This document shows, piece after piece, positions 1 to 9,800 of a stretch of 64,000 bases of DNA. The notes under the pieces are model-generated. The model worked only from the letters and a program-made list of their open reading frames with translations, had not been told where the DNA came from and did not search any database. This DNA is from Chloroflexota bacterium (GTDB taxonomy: Bacteria > Chloroflexota > Anaerolineae > Aggregatilineales > Phototrophicaceae). The stretch lies in assembly GCA_038522085.1 (NCBI GenBank), contig JBCBKJ010000008.1:23371-87370 (forward strand), written 5' to 3'. Positions within the stretch are counted from its first letter, which is position 1, and each line of letters opens with the position of its first letter. Position numbers and translations under genes: made by a program.

Positions 1-356
1 ATAAGCGCCGGAATCCCCATCATAGTCGCGTTGATGCCGAGTGTGGTCAATCCGCCATGCTGGAACATAACAGCCTGCAAGAATAGACCAACTAAAATCG
101 CTGGTACGGCATACCATCCCAATACAACACCCAGCAAGCCATTCAAGATGAGATGCACACTCGTTGGCGGAATCGGAATATGAATCGAAGATGCCACGAA
201 AAAGGTTGCCGTTAAAAGCGCAGCTTTCGGAACATTTTCGGTAGGGTCAATATTTTGTTTGTTGATTTGCCGGAGTGAGAATGCCGTCAGCGCACCGGCG
301 GCAACGTAGCCCCCTATGACTGCTTCAGGTGTGAGAATGCCGTCTGGAATGTGCAT
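1..356 (-). CDS. cbiM: CbiM/NikM-type metal (Co/Ni) ECF-transporter substrate component, N-terminal part; the gene continues past the 5' edge of the window
   Basis: Reverse-complement translation from the ATG at 356-354 gives MHIPDGILTPEAVIGGYVAAGAL...HGGLTTLGINATMMGIPAL. This has the hallmark Met-His-Ile-Pro-Asp-Gly N-terminus of the CbiM/NikM family followed by hydrophobic TM segments. It is not in the supplied ORF track because the ORF is truncated by the window edge. Confidence 0.75.
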   Translation of the reverse strand, partial: MHIPDGILTPEAVIGGYVAAGALTAFSLRQINKQNIDPTENVPKAALLTATFFVASSIHIPIPPTSVHLILNGLLGVVLGWYAVPAILVGLFLQAVMFQHGGLTTLGINATMMGIPAL

Positions 357-386
357 AATTGTATCCTTCGCGTATGCGTGTGTTGC

Positions 387-1067
387 TTATGCTTTGCTTT
401 TGCCCCGTGAAAAATAAAGTGCTGTACCGATGAGTCCCCAAATGACACTGCCTATCATAACCGCTTGTTGGAGTGGTGTCAGCCCATCTGTGATACCTCC
501 ACCAGAGCTTGACGACACAATCGTGGATGGAGCTTCTGTATTATCTGTGTTTGTATCAGCGTCAGCTAGTGTTTCTGCTTCGGTACTTTCACCCGTATTG
601 AATGTTACTACATCACCTTCTACAGTGAAATCGCTTGTCCCACTGATAGTAACCTCTGTACCATCCGAAAGTGTTACCGTTGTCGTATCCTCAGCATCTG
701 TTTCAGCAGGCACGGCAGAAGGGTCTGGCATCATATCAGCCGTGATTTCGATGTTCACTAAGCCACCGTGTCCGGCTTTGCGCACCTGAACATCCCAGAA
801 GCCTTCAATTTCGTAATCTGGCATGAAGGTATACGAGCCATTTTCATCTGCAACGCCGACTTGCCAAGGATTGATGAGGTCGTTGGGTGCAAAAATAACA
901 ACTTGCCCGTCATTGAGGGCTTCGCCTGTGTCAAATTCTGCGGTGACAGTAACTTCGCCTGTCACATTATCAATAGTATGTGAAATGCGTACGCCATGCG
1001 CTAGAACAGGCACGGCGTACAACATCACGATACTCACTACGCTTAATATAGTTGCGAGTTTTCTCAT
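387..1067 (-). CDS. Secreted protein with a C-terminal membrane anchor; predicted mature N-terminus HGVRISH. Candidate periplasmic or membrane accessory component of the adjacent CbiM/NikM transporter
   Basis: 226 aa. Signal peptide MRKLATILSVVSIVMLYAVPVLA followed by HG. Acidic Thr/Asp-rich middle region. C-terminal hydrophobic helix (AVMIGSVIWGLIGTALYF) followed by SRGKSKA. AGGAG RBS 11 nt upstream. Only 30 nt from the cbiM start on the same strand. Confidence 0.7.
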   Translation of the reverse strand: MRKLATILSVVSIVMLYAVPVLAHGVRISHTIDNVTGEVTVTAEFDTGEALNDGQVVIFAPNDLINPWQVGVADENGSYTFMPDYEIEGFWDVQVRKAGHGGLVNIEITADMMPDPSAVPAETDAEDTTTVTLSDGTEVTISGTSDFTVEGDVVTFNTGESTEAETLADADTNTDNTEAPSTIVSSSSGGGITDGLTPLQQAVMIGSVIWGLIGTALYFSRGKSKA

Positions 1068-1092
1068 GTAGCTTAAATGCTCCTATGCGTTT

Positions 1093-1893
1093 TTATTGCA
1101 ATGACGCTTCGTGGCAGTGACCTTCACCTACGTGACCCAATGAAGGCAGTACATTAACGAAGGTCACATACTCTTCTTCTGTCAGGCTCATTTCGAGGTC
1201 AGCGAGTGTGACATCGAGTACGCCATCGCTTGCCAATGGTGCAAGCATATCGAAACCTGGGGCTTCTGCGTTGAGTGAATCATCGAGTGGTGTTTCTGCA
1301 TCGCCAAAGATATGGTCGAAGTGGAACGTCAACTCAACATCGCCCATTGCACCTGCTTCTACGATACCTTTACGTTCGTCACCAACAAATGCGCCACAGG
1401 TATAGGCAAAAATTTCTTCAATTTTCACGAGAAATTCAACAGTTTCACCATCTTTGGAGGCTGTCCCATCCATCACAACGGTGAAACCTTCGTATTCACC
1501 TTCGGTAGCTGGTGTCATCATCCATGTGACAGCATTATAAAAGCCTGCGGGTGCATCTTCATAAGTATCAATCAGAATGGTATCTGCGTCTGCATCGCCT
1601 TCTGCAAGGTCAATGAAACGTTGGTCTGCTAAACCGACCATCACATCGCTACGTACCAATTCCCCTGCAAATGGGTCATATGGTGGTGTTGTTTGGTGTG
1701 CGCGAATAGCAGACACCGATACATAAACGTGTTCAAAATCAATTTGCCAACCGTCTTTAGAGACAAAGCCCTGACGTACAAAATCTTCACCGTTCGCACG
1801 GAACTCTAGTGTTCCGGTTTCCATTTCGTCCTGCGCGAATGTAACAGACAGCCCTAAGACGAAGATGAGAATGAGTAGAAGAACTTTTCGCAT
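1093..1893 (-). CDS. Secreted protein with a His/Cys-rich C-terminus (HVGEGHCHEA); putative periplasmic metal-binding protein, first gene of the cbiM-containing operon
   Basis: ORF 1093..1920. Start chosen at the internal Met (1893) that gives signal peptide MRKVLLLILIFVLGLSVTFAQ, with an AAAGGA RBS 9 nt upstream. C-terminal motif SLGHVGEGHCHEASLQ. AT-rich promoter-like region upstream (1921-2090). Confidence 0.65.
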   Translation of the reverse strand: MRKVLLLILIFVLGLSVTFAQDEMETGTLEFRANGEDFVRQGFVSKDGWQIDFEHVYVSVSAIRAHQTTPPYDPFAGELVRSDVMVGLADQRFIDLAEGDADADTILIDTYEDAPAGFYNAVTWMMTPATEGEYEGFTVVMDGTASKDGETVEFLVKIEEIFAYTCGAFVGDERKGIVEAGAMGDVELTFHFDHIFGDAETPLDDSLNAEAPGFDMLAPLASDGVLDVTLADLEMSLTEEEYVTFVNVLPSLGHVGEGHCHEASLQ

Positions 1894-2090
1894 ATGGTAG
1901 TATCCTTTTGAGTAGTTCAAATTTATACAAATTACTTACAAGTAGCAAGTGTTGCACATGTAAATTATTACATCAAGCCATGTGGACAGTTCTTAAGCTA
2001 ATCATTATACTTTCCTCGCGTTAGATAAGCCGACTTTATGAAACCACAACGAAACCAATACACAATAGTGTCAAAGAGCATGTATTTCCT

Positions 2091-3770
2091 ATGACAATGA
2101 CAGATAACAGCAATAAGAATGATTCGATTGAAGTCCGTTTAGAGCCTTGGATAGACCGTGCTGAATATATTATCGGGCTGACCATTATTATTATGGCGTG
2201 GAGCGCCGGCTGGGTTGATTTGTTCGCGTTCGAGAGCTTCTCAACGCAGGTATTCGGGCGCTACTCGTATTCATTATTTGCCTTCCTCGTTGTCTTCACA
2301 TTGATGTTTGGGTTTTGGTTATGGCTCATTATTTCAATTAAGGCATTAGATGGGCTACGAAGTTTCCTCGCATTTATGCAACGCTCTCCCCTGTTAGTGC
2401 TAGTGGTGTACATCGGTGTTTTTGGCATCCTGTATTCCATGACGATTGTAAAATACTGGTCGAACTTCACACTCATGCAGGGCATGATACTTACGATTAT
2501 GCTTGTATTCACGGTATTTCTGTTATTCACAAATATGGGTGAAGCACAAATATGGCGTAAGGTTATATGGGGCATTTTAGGCGTGTTCCTGCTTATTGAA
2601 GGCGGAATGCACGCGCTGGCATCACTAGGGACATTACCAGTAGAAAACACGACAGGCATGTATCAGTCCTATGGGCGTGTATACACAACAGGCGAACAGT
2701 CTGTGTATGCTACAACGAATCGCTATGGCTGGTATTATCCTGAGTTTGTCATAGACGATGAAAATTACAACATTGTCCTGAATGGTGATACCTTCATACG
2801 GGGCTTGGAAGTCGGCTATGATGACTTATTGGGTACGCAATTACAAGCACAATTTGAGGGTGACGAAACACAAATCATGCCCATGGGTCAGCCAGGTTTT
2901 GGGGCAAATACTTACCTGAGTACAGAATTTTATGGTTTCATCTGGGAAACGATGCAAGCTGATGAGATGGTAATTTTTGTGCATCTGGCAAATGATTTTC
3001 AGGTTGAGGAAGGGTCGCTAGGTGAGCGTCCTTCTTATGATATAAGAGATGATGGTATCACGATACTGCATCCTGACGATGATATTTTCCAGCATGTGAT
3101 TCATCACGTTATATTTGAAGGGCATCAACCGCTCATATTAATTGAGGTTATCATGAGTCACTCGTTCGTTGTGACGATGATTGAAGATGCGATTGCCAGT
3201 ACGAGACCGGACTTAGCTCCTTATGAATTGCACGCCCCCGTAAATGATTGGGAGCGTGAGCGTGTACCGCAGTATACGGTTGCTATGCCAATTGAATCAC
3301 GCACCGAGGATATGCCTTTCGGTACAGGCACTTTCTTGTTTGAGGTGGATGGTAGCGAGCGTGCAGATGAAAGCTATAAAATCTTGTTTGACCAAATAGC
3401 GATTTTGCGGGCAAGGCTAGAGGAACAAGGGATTTCAATACGTGTCGTGACGATTCCATTTTTCCCAGAAGCCTTCTATGAAACGCAATCAGGTACGAAT
3501 TGGGGTACAGAACTAGATGCCACTTACGATATTTTGTTACCAGAAGTACGCCTGACTGAGTATGCTAATGATGCTGGTATTCCGATTCTGGCGATGGGTG
3601 AATACATGTTTGAGACAGGTATGGATGTGAGTGATATTCAAGCCCTGTTCTTTGAAAATGGTAGTGGTGCATTCACCCCAGCCGGACATGCTTATTTTGC
3701 TGAGGCAGTATTTGGCTGTTTCTATGCAGAGATAACATCCGAAGCGACTGCTTGCTATTCAGACGATTGA
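2091..3770 (+). CDS. Polytopic membrane protein of unknown function with a large C-terminal soluble domain; first gene of the NRPS operon
   Basis: 559 aa. About 5-6 predicted TM helices in the first ~190 aa, then a ~370-aa non-membrane domain with His-rich patches (HVIHHVIFEGHQP) and a C-terminal segment with weak SGNH/DltD-like resemblance (NGDTF...PAGHAYFAEAV). Its TGA stop overlaps the ATG of the next gene (ATGA at 3768-3772). Confidence 0.6.
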   Translation: MTMTDNSNKNDSIEVRLEPWIDRAEYIIGLTIIIMAWSAGWVDLFAFESFSTQVFGRYSYSLFAFLVVFTLMFGFWLWLIISIKALDGLRSFLAFMQRSPLLVLVVYIGVFGILYSMTIVKYWSNFTLMQGMILTIMLVFTVFLLFTNMGEAQIWRKVIWGILGVFLLIEGGMHALASLGTLPVENTTGMYQSYGRVYTTGEQSVYATTNRYGWYYPEFVIDDENYNIVLNGDTFIRGLEVGYDDLLGTQLQAQFEGDETQIMPMGQPGFGANTYLSTEFYGFIWETMQADEMVIFVHLANDFQVEEGSLGERPSYDIRDDGITILHPDDDIFQHVIHHVIFEGHQPLILIEVIMSHSFVVTMIEDAIASTRPDLAPYELHAPVNDWERERVPQYTVAMPIESRTEDMPFGTGTFLFEVDGSERADESYKILFDQIAILRARLEEQGISIRVVTIPFFPEAFYETQSGTNWGTELDATYDILLPEVRLTEYANDAGIPILAMGEYMFETGMDVSDIQALFFENGSGAFTPAGHAYFAEAVFGCFYAEITSEATACYSDD

Positions 3771-4933
3771 TGAGTGCGCCGATGATGAATTTGCATTTTA
3801 CGGATGAGCAACAAGCCTTATGGGATAATATTGTTGCATTTGTTGGTACATCGCTGGATTTAGAAAACACGGTTGAAGCCGATAAACAAGGTGTTTTCAG
3901 CCACGAGAATTGGCGAGCGATTGCACAAAAAGGCATTCTTGGCTACTCTTTTGAAACTGCCTACGGTGGCACAGATTATGATATGGTCACGTCGATGGTG
4001 GCAACCGAAGCCTTGGGCTATGCGTGCCACGATAACGGTTTGCTACTCGCGGTCAACGGACAGATGTGGTCAGTACAATCGACATTGAGTCAATTTGCAA
4101 ATGATGAGCAAAAAGAACGCTATCTCAAACCACTCATTGAAGGCACAAAATTTGGCGCACACGGAGTAACAGAACCAGATTATGGGTCGCATGTTTTTGG
4201 GATGCAAACTCATGCTGAAAAAGTCAATGGCGGCTATGTGCTGAATGGCAAAAAAGCCTATGTTGGGCTTGCGCCAATAGCGGATGTAATTCTTGTTTAC
4301 GCGACGACTAATCCTGATTTAGGGTCATGGGGTATCACTGCATTTATAGTGGATGGTGACAGTGAAGGCATTCAAGCCAGTGCGCCAGCAGAAACAATGG
4401 GACTACGTACAACCGTCTTGGGCAGCATCATGTTTGAGAATGTCTTCGTGCCAGAAGAGAATATTTTAGGCAAAGTCGGTGCAGGTGCGAGCATATTCAA
4501 CAAGAGTGTCGAGCGCGAACGGTGTCTCGGCTTTGGTAGCCACGTTGGAGCGATGCGTCGGCAATTAGAGGCGACAATTGCCTATGCAAAAGGACGTAAA
4601 CAAGGCGACCAACCAATCAGCAAGTATCAAGCAGTATCACACAAAATTGCCGATATGCGCGTGCGTTTGGAGACATCACGCTTATTGCTGTATCAGTGTG
4701 CATCGCTGATAGATACAAATCAGCCGATTACTATGGCATCCGCGATAGCCAAATTGACTATCAGCGAAAATTTTGTTGCGAATAGTATGAACGCTTTGCG
4801 GATACACGGTGCGTATGGCTATCTCTCGGAAAGCGAAGTCGAACGGGATTTACGCGATTCGCTGGGTGGTATTATTTACGTCGGCACATCGGATATTCAA
4901 CGAAACATCATTGCAGGTCTACTGGAGTTATAA
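3770..4933 (+). CDS. Acyl-CoA dehydrogenase family protein; likely acyl/aminoacyl-S-carrier-protein dehydrogenase of the NRPS cluster
   Basis: ACAD fold motifs (GVTEPDYGSHVFGMQT..., C-terminal IYVGTSDIQRNIIAG). ORF track starts at a TTG at 3752; the first ATG at 3770 overlaps the upstream stop (translational coupling), so that start is used here. The stop TAA lies 2 nt before the next ATG. Confidence 0.85.
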   Translation: MSAPMMNLHFTDEQQALWDNIVAFVGTSLDLENTVEADKQGVFSHENWRAIAQKGILGYSFETAYGGTDYDMVTSMVATEALGYACHDNGLLLAVNGQMWSVQSTLSQFANDEQKERYLKPLIEGTKFGAHGVTEPDYGSHVFGMQTHAEKVNGGYVLNGKKAYVGLAPIADVILVYATTNPDLGSWGITAFIVDGDSEGIQASAPAETMGLRTTVLGSIMFENVFVPEENILGKVGAGASIFNKSVERERCLGFGSHVGAMRRQLEATIAYAKGRKQGDQPISKYQAVSHKIADMRVRLETSRLLLYQCASLIDTNQPITMASAIAKLTISENFVANSMNALRIHGAYGYLSESEVERDLRDSLGGIIYVGTSDIQRNIIAGLLEL

Positions 4934-4935
4934 AT

Positions 4936-6528
4936 ATGGAATTTTTGCTACACAAAGGCATGGACGTAACCGCAGAGCTTTTCCCAGATAAGCCTGTGAT
5001 GCGTTATTTAGACACGCAGTTGACCTATTCAGAGCTATCACAACGTAGCAATCAACTTGCAAATTTCTTGGAAGAACGTGGCTCACAACGTCGTGACCGC
5101 CTCGGCATTTTTCTCAATAAGAGCCTCGAAACATCTATCGCCGTATATGGCATTATGAAATCCGGCGGGGCGTTTATTCCGCTTGACCCCCAATCACCAA
5201 AATCACGCTTGCTGGATATTATCCGCAAGACAGGCATGAAGTGTGTGATTAGCCAGCCGGATAAGAAGAAAATCCTTGCGCAGGTTGCAGAAGAAGAGTC
5301 GCCGCTGGAATACGTCATCGGTATTGATACAGATGATGATATTGGCGTGCCGACCTACTCATGGGATGATGTCGCGCAATTTCCTGATAATACGATGCCT
5401 GATTTGCATTTGATTCAAGATGACCTCGCTTATATTTTGTTCACGTCAGGGTCTACTGGCGCACCCAAAGGTATGATGCACACACATGCAACAGGCATGA
5501 GTTATGTGCATATGTCTACTGATTTGTACGATGTGCGTCCTGATGATGTGTTAGGCAATCATTCGCCCCTACATTTTGATATGTCTACCTTCGAGTATCT
5601 AACGGGTCCTAATATCGGGACAACGACGATAGTTGTGCCAGAATCATACACGCTGTTCCCTGCCAATTTAACGCAGTTGATGCAAGATGAGCGTATGACA
5701 TTCTGGTACAGTGTGCCATTTGCGCTAATTCAGATTGTATTGCGTGGCGTACTAGAAAAACGTGATTTGTCGAGCTTCCGCTGGATTATGTACGGTGGCG
5801 AACCCTTCCCACCGAATTATTTAGCCGAGTTGATGAAGCATCTACCCAATGCACAAATCAGCAATGTATATGGTCCAGCCGAGACGAACCAAGTCAGCTA
5901 TTATACGATTCCTGACCCTGACACATGGGTTGACCCCGAAGCGAATATGCCAATCGGGACATTTGTACCGAATCTTGAGGGCTTGGTACTAGACGACGAT
6001 GATTCGATTGTTGAAGACGGTGAAGTTGGCGAGTTAGTCGTTCGCACACCACGCATGACCAAAGGCTATTGGGGACGTCCCGATTTGAATGCACGGGTTT
6101 TCTTCCGGCGCGAAATTATGCCTGATTTTGAGGAAGTATACTATCGCACTGGCGACCTAGTAAAATTGCGTGATGATGGTCTGTACGATTTCTTGGGTCG
6201 CAAAGACCATCAAGTGAAAGTGCGCGGGTATCGTGTTGAATTGCTAGAAGTTGAAAATGCGATGGCAAGCCACGATGCCGTTGAAGAAGGTGCAGCGTAT
6301 GCACTCAAAAATGACGATGGTAGCGATTATATCGAAGTTGCTGTGATTGTCGCTAAAGAAGCTACGCTGACAGTAGATGAGTTAATTGCACACATGAATG
6401 ACCGTCTGCCCCATTACGCTGTGCCTAGCAAGGTGAAGTTCATGGATAGCTTCCCGCGCACCGGCTCGGATAAAGTAGACCGCCGAGGTTTACAAGCAAT
6501 GGCAATGGAAGAAAAGAACAATTCGTAA
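4936..6528 (+). CDS. Stand-alone adenylation (AMP-binding) enzyme; starter-unit activating enzyme
   Basis: Core motifs LAYILFTSGSTGAPKG (A3), YRTGDLVKL (A8), GRKDHQVKVRGYRVELLEVE (A9/A10 region). 530 aa, typical A-domain size. Start ATG 2 nt after the ACAD stop. Confidence 0.9.
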   Translation: MEFLLHKGMDVTAELFPDKPVMRYLDTQLTYSELSQRSNQLANFLEERGSQRRDRLGIFLNKSLETSIAVYGIMKSGGAFIPLDPQSPKSRLLDIIRKTGMKCVISQPDKKKILAQVAEEESPLEYVIGIDTDDDIGVPTYSWDDVAQFPDNTMPDLHLIQDDLAYILFTSGSTGAPKGMMHTHATGMSYVHMSTDLYDVRPDDVLGNHSPLHFDMSTFEYLTGPNIGTTTIVVPESYTLFPANLTQLMQDERMTFWYSVPFALIQIVLRGVLEKRDLSSFRWIMYGGEPFPPNYLAELMKHLPNAQISNVYGPAETNQVSYYTIPDPDTWVDPEANMPIGTFVPNLEGLVLDDDDSIVEDGEVGELVVRTPRMTKGYWGRPDLNARVFFRREIMPDFEEVYYRTGDLVKLRDDGLYDFLGRKDHQVKVRGYRVELLEVENAMASHDAVEEGAAYALKNDDGSDYIEVAVIVAKEATLTVDELIAHMNDRLPHYAVPSKVKFMDSFPRTGSDKVDRRGLQAMAMEEKNNS

Positions 6529-6559
6529 GCACATTTAGCAATACAGAGGAAAAACAACT

Positions 6560-6802
6560 GTGGAAGCACAAGCAAAGCTGAAACAATTCATCGAAGACGA
6601 ATTGCTCATTGGGCGCGATGTTGACCTTGAATATGATGACAATTTGCTCATTAGTGGCTTGGTCAACTCATTGGCGATTATGCGCTTGGTGAGTTTTGCA
6701 GAAGAACTTTACGAAGTAGAGATACCAGCCGAAGAAATCACTATCGAGAACTTCATCAGCATTAGTGCGATGAACACCTATCTGCAAACGCTCAAAAACT
6801 AA
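6560..6802 (+). CDS. Small acyl/peptidyl carrier protein (phosphopantetheine-binding)
   Basis: 80 aa, acidic, four-helix pattern with the putative Ppant serine in ISGLVNSLAIMRLV (GxxSL-like). GTG start preceded by an AGAGGA RBS. Located between the A enzyme and the NRPS. Confidence 0.75.
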   Translation: MEAQAKLKQFIEDELLIGRDVDLEYDDNLLISGLVNSLAIMRLVSFAEELYEVEIPAEEITIENFISISAMNTYLQTLKN

Positions 6803-6813
6803 ACCATACCCCT

Positions 6814-9800
6814 ATGACTAGCTCAATTCCATACGACACAAGCAATCTGACCAATGCACAGCAACTTATGTGGATTGGTCAGCAGTTGCAACCTGATGTA
6901 CCGCTTTACAATATGATGCAGACCTTTATCATACATGGCAATATAGATGTTGATGTCTTTACACAAGCGTTTGAAACCTTGGTCGCACAGTCAGAGAACA
7001 TGCGCCTATCTATCGAAGTCATAAATGACATTCCGATAGGACGTACCGATAGCACGAGCAAAAACGTCGTAGCGTTTTATGACTTTACCCAAGAAAGCGA
7101 CCCGCAAAGCCATTTTGACAACTGGTTGGATATACGACGCGGTCTGCGCTTTGATTTATCAGGTCAACTATATGATTGTGCTTTGATAAAGCTAGGTGAT
7201 GCACACTTTGTATGGTACTTGGCAATGCACCATATCATCACAGACGCAACGGCTTTTAAGCTGATATTTGAGCAAGTCAGTGATTATTACCTACGCCTCA
7301 AAGAGGGTGAATCGCTTAACTTAGCAGGCGAGGCATTACCACAGCATGCCGACTACAAAACGTATGAACAACTAGTTATCGAGAGCAAATCTCATGCAAA
7401 AGCGCGAGCATACTGGCAACAGCAGTTAGCGCATGAAGTCGAGCCAATTCGCTTTTATGCTCCTCAAGATGCCACTGATAAAACAGCATCTGTGCGCGTC
7501 AATGTACCGCTTGCTGATACCACGTGTGAAGCACTCGTAAACTACATTGAGAATGCACCTATCCGCAGTTTCAGCAAAGATTTGATAACCGCAAATGTAT
7601 TTGCTAGTTTGTTATTTTCGTATTTATATCGCATCAGTGGGCATAATAACCTGCGTTTGGGTATGCCATTAGCAAATCGAAGCACACCACAGTTTACACA
7701 GACGATAGGCGCGTTCATTGAAGTGTTATCACTGACATTAGATATTGCTGATGATGATAGCTTTGAAGATGTATTGCGCAAAGTCAACAAGGTAAATCTG
7801 AAAACACTCCAGCATTTATTGCCAGCCGTGAGTAGTGCTGAACACACGCATGCTTATGATGTGGTGATGAATTTCATCCCCTTGCATTTTAGTGATTTCG
7901 CGGAAATGCCAACTGAGGTTGCATGGGTACATTGCGGGCATGGTGACGCCAATCATAAACTCAATGTGCAGATTTATGATATGAATAACACGGGGCATTA
8001 TCAATTTTTCTTCGATTTCAACACGGATATATTCAATGCAGATGACCGTGCGCGTGCAATGACACATTTTGAAGCTGTCATTGAACAATGTATCGCTTCG
8101 CCACAAATCCCGCTATCAGACATTGATTTACTGACATCCGCCGAAAAAGAGGCTTTCTTAGGCGCTTTCAATGCGACAGATACACCTTATCAAGCAGATG
8201 CAACAATTGTTGACCTATTTGAAGCACAAGTTGCAAAAACACCGACTGCTATTACTGTCGTTGATAGCGAACGGCAACTCACCTACGCTGAATTGAACGG
8301 CAAAGCAAATGCTCTAGCACATGAGTTACAGTCGGTTGGTATTCGTACAGAGACATTTGTACCTGTTTGTATGCACCATAGCATTGACCTCGTAGTGGCT
8401 CTGTGGGGCATTCTAAAAGCAGGCGGCGTCTATGTTCCGCTTGACCCACAATATCCGACAGAACGTATGCAATATATTCTGGATGATATAGGTGATGTGC
8501 CGCTGATTATCACCGATGCCGAGCTTGAGGAGCAATTCACTGACATTGGCACAAAAACACGTATTGTTGATGCCGATAGTGTATCACTGCTAGATGACTT
8601 CACACATGATGTAACCCCTCAATCACTGGCTTATGTAATTTACACATCTGGGTCTACAGGCAATCCAAAAGGCGTGTTAGTAGAACATGATGGGCTAAGT
8701 AATTATGTTCAATGGGCAAGCAAACATTATGTACCAGATACTGCCGCTACATTTGCGCTGTACTCGTCGTTGGCGTTTGATTTGACTGTTACCTCTATCT
8801 ACGTGCCTTTGGTGACGGGGGGTAGTATTCGTGTGTATTACGATGCTGAAAACACAGGCACAGTCATTCGGGATATTTTCATCGACGCCGCCGTTGATGT
8901 TGTGAAGCTGACACCATCACATTTAGAACTCGTGCGCGATTTAGATTTATCCGCTACACGCATCAAACGTTTGATTGTAGGTGGGGAAGATTTCAAAGTA
9001 TCGCTGGCAAGGGCAATACATGATACTAGTGCCGGAAATATCGTACTTTTCAACGAGTATGGTCCAACTGAGGCGACAGTTGCTTGCATGTTGCACCAGT
9101 TCGATGCAAAAGGTGATACACAGGAATCCGTGCCAATTGGGACACCTGCTGACAATATGCGCGTTTATGTGCTGGACAAGCATCTGAAACCTGTGCCAAC
9201 GGGCATAGTCGGCGAAATGTATTTGTCGGGCGTAGGGGTAGCGCGTGCATATCTCAATCGTGACGTATTGAGCGCAGAACGCTTTTTGCCTGACCCCTTC
9301 GACAGCACACGACACATGTATAAATCTGGTGATTTGGCACGCTGGTTGCCGGATGGCACACTCACATTTCTGGGGCGTGCAGATAGACAGGTGAAATTAC
9401 GCGGGTATCGCATTGAACTCGGTGAAATTGAAGGACAACTCCATTCTATTTCAGGCGTGGAATCCGCGACGGTGGTAGTGCGGACTGAGCAACTTATTGG
9501 CTACTACGTGGCTGATGAGGCTATCACGGCTGAGATAGTAACATCGTATTTGAGTGAGCGCCTCCCCTCTTATATGATACCGACGCATGTGGTGCGCTTG
9601 GATGCAATGCCTCTGACAATCAACGGGAAAGTTGATTACGATGCCCTGCCAGATATTGTTTCAGGGAATGTAGATGGACATTCTGCTTACGTTGCACCCG
9701 AAAATGATGTGCAAGCAACGGTAGCGCATATCTGGCAAACAATTTTGCAGATTGAGCAAATTGGCATTCACAGTAATTTCTTCGATATTGGTGGACACTC

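Noticed and set aside
1921-2090. Leader upstream of the cbiM-containing operon, examined for a cobalamin or NiCo riboswitch
   Set aside because: No B12-box (GCCACTG) or other conserved riboswitch core was found on the relevant strand; it is only an AT-rich promoter-like region.
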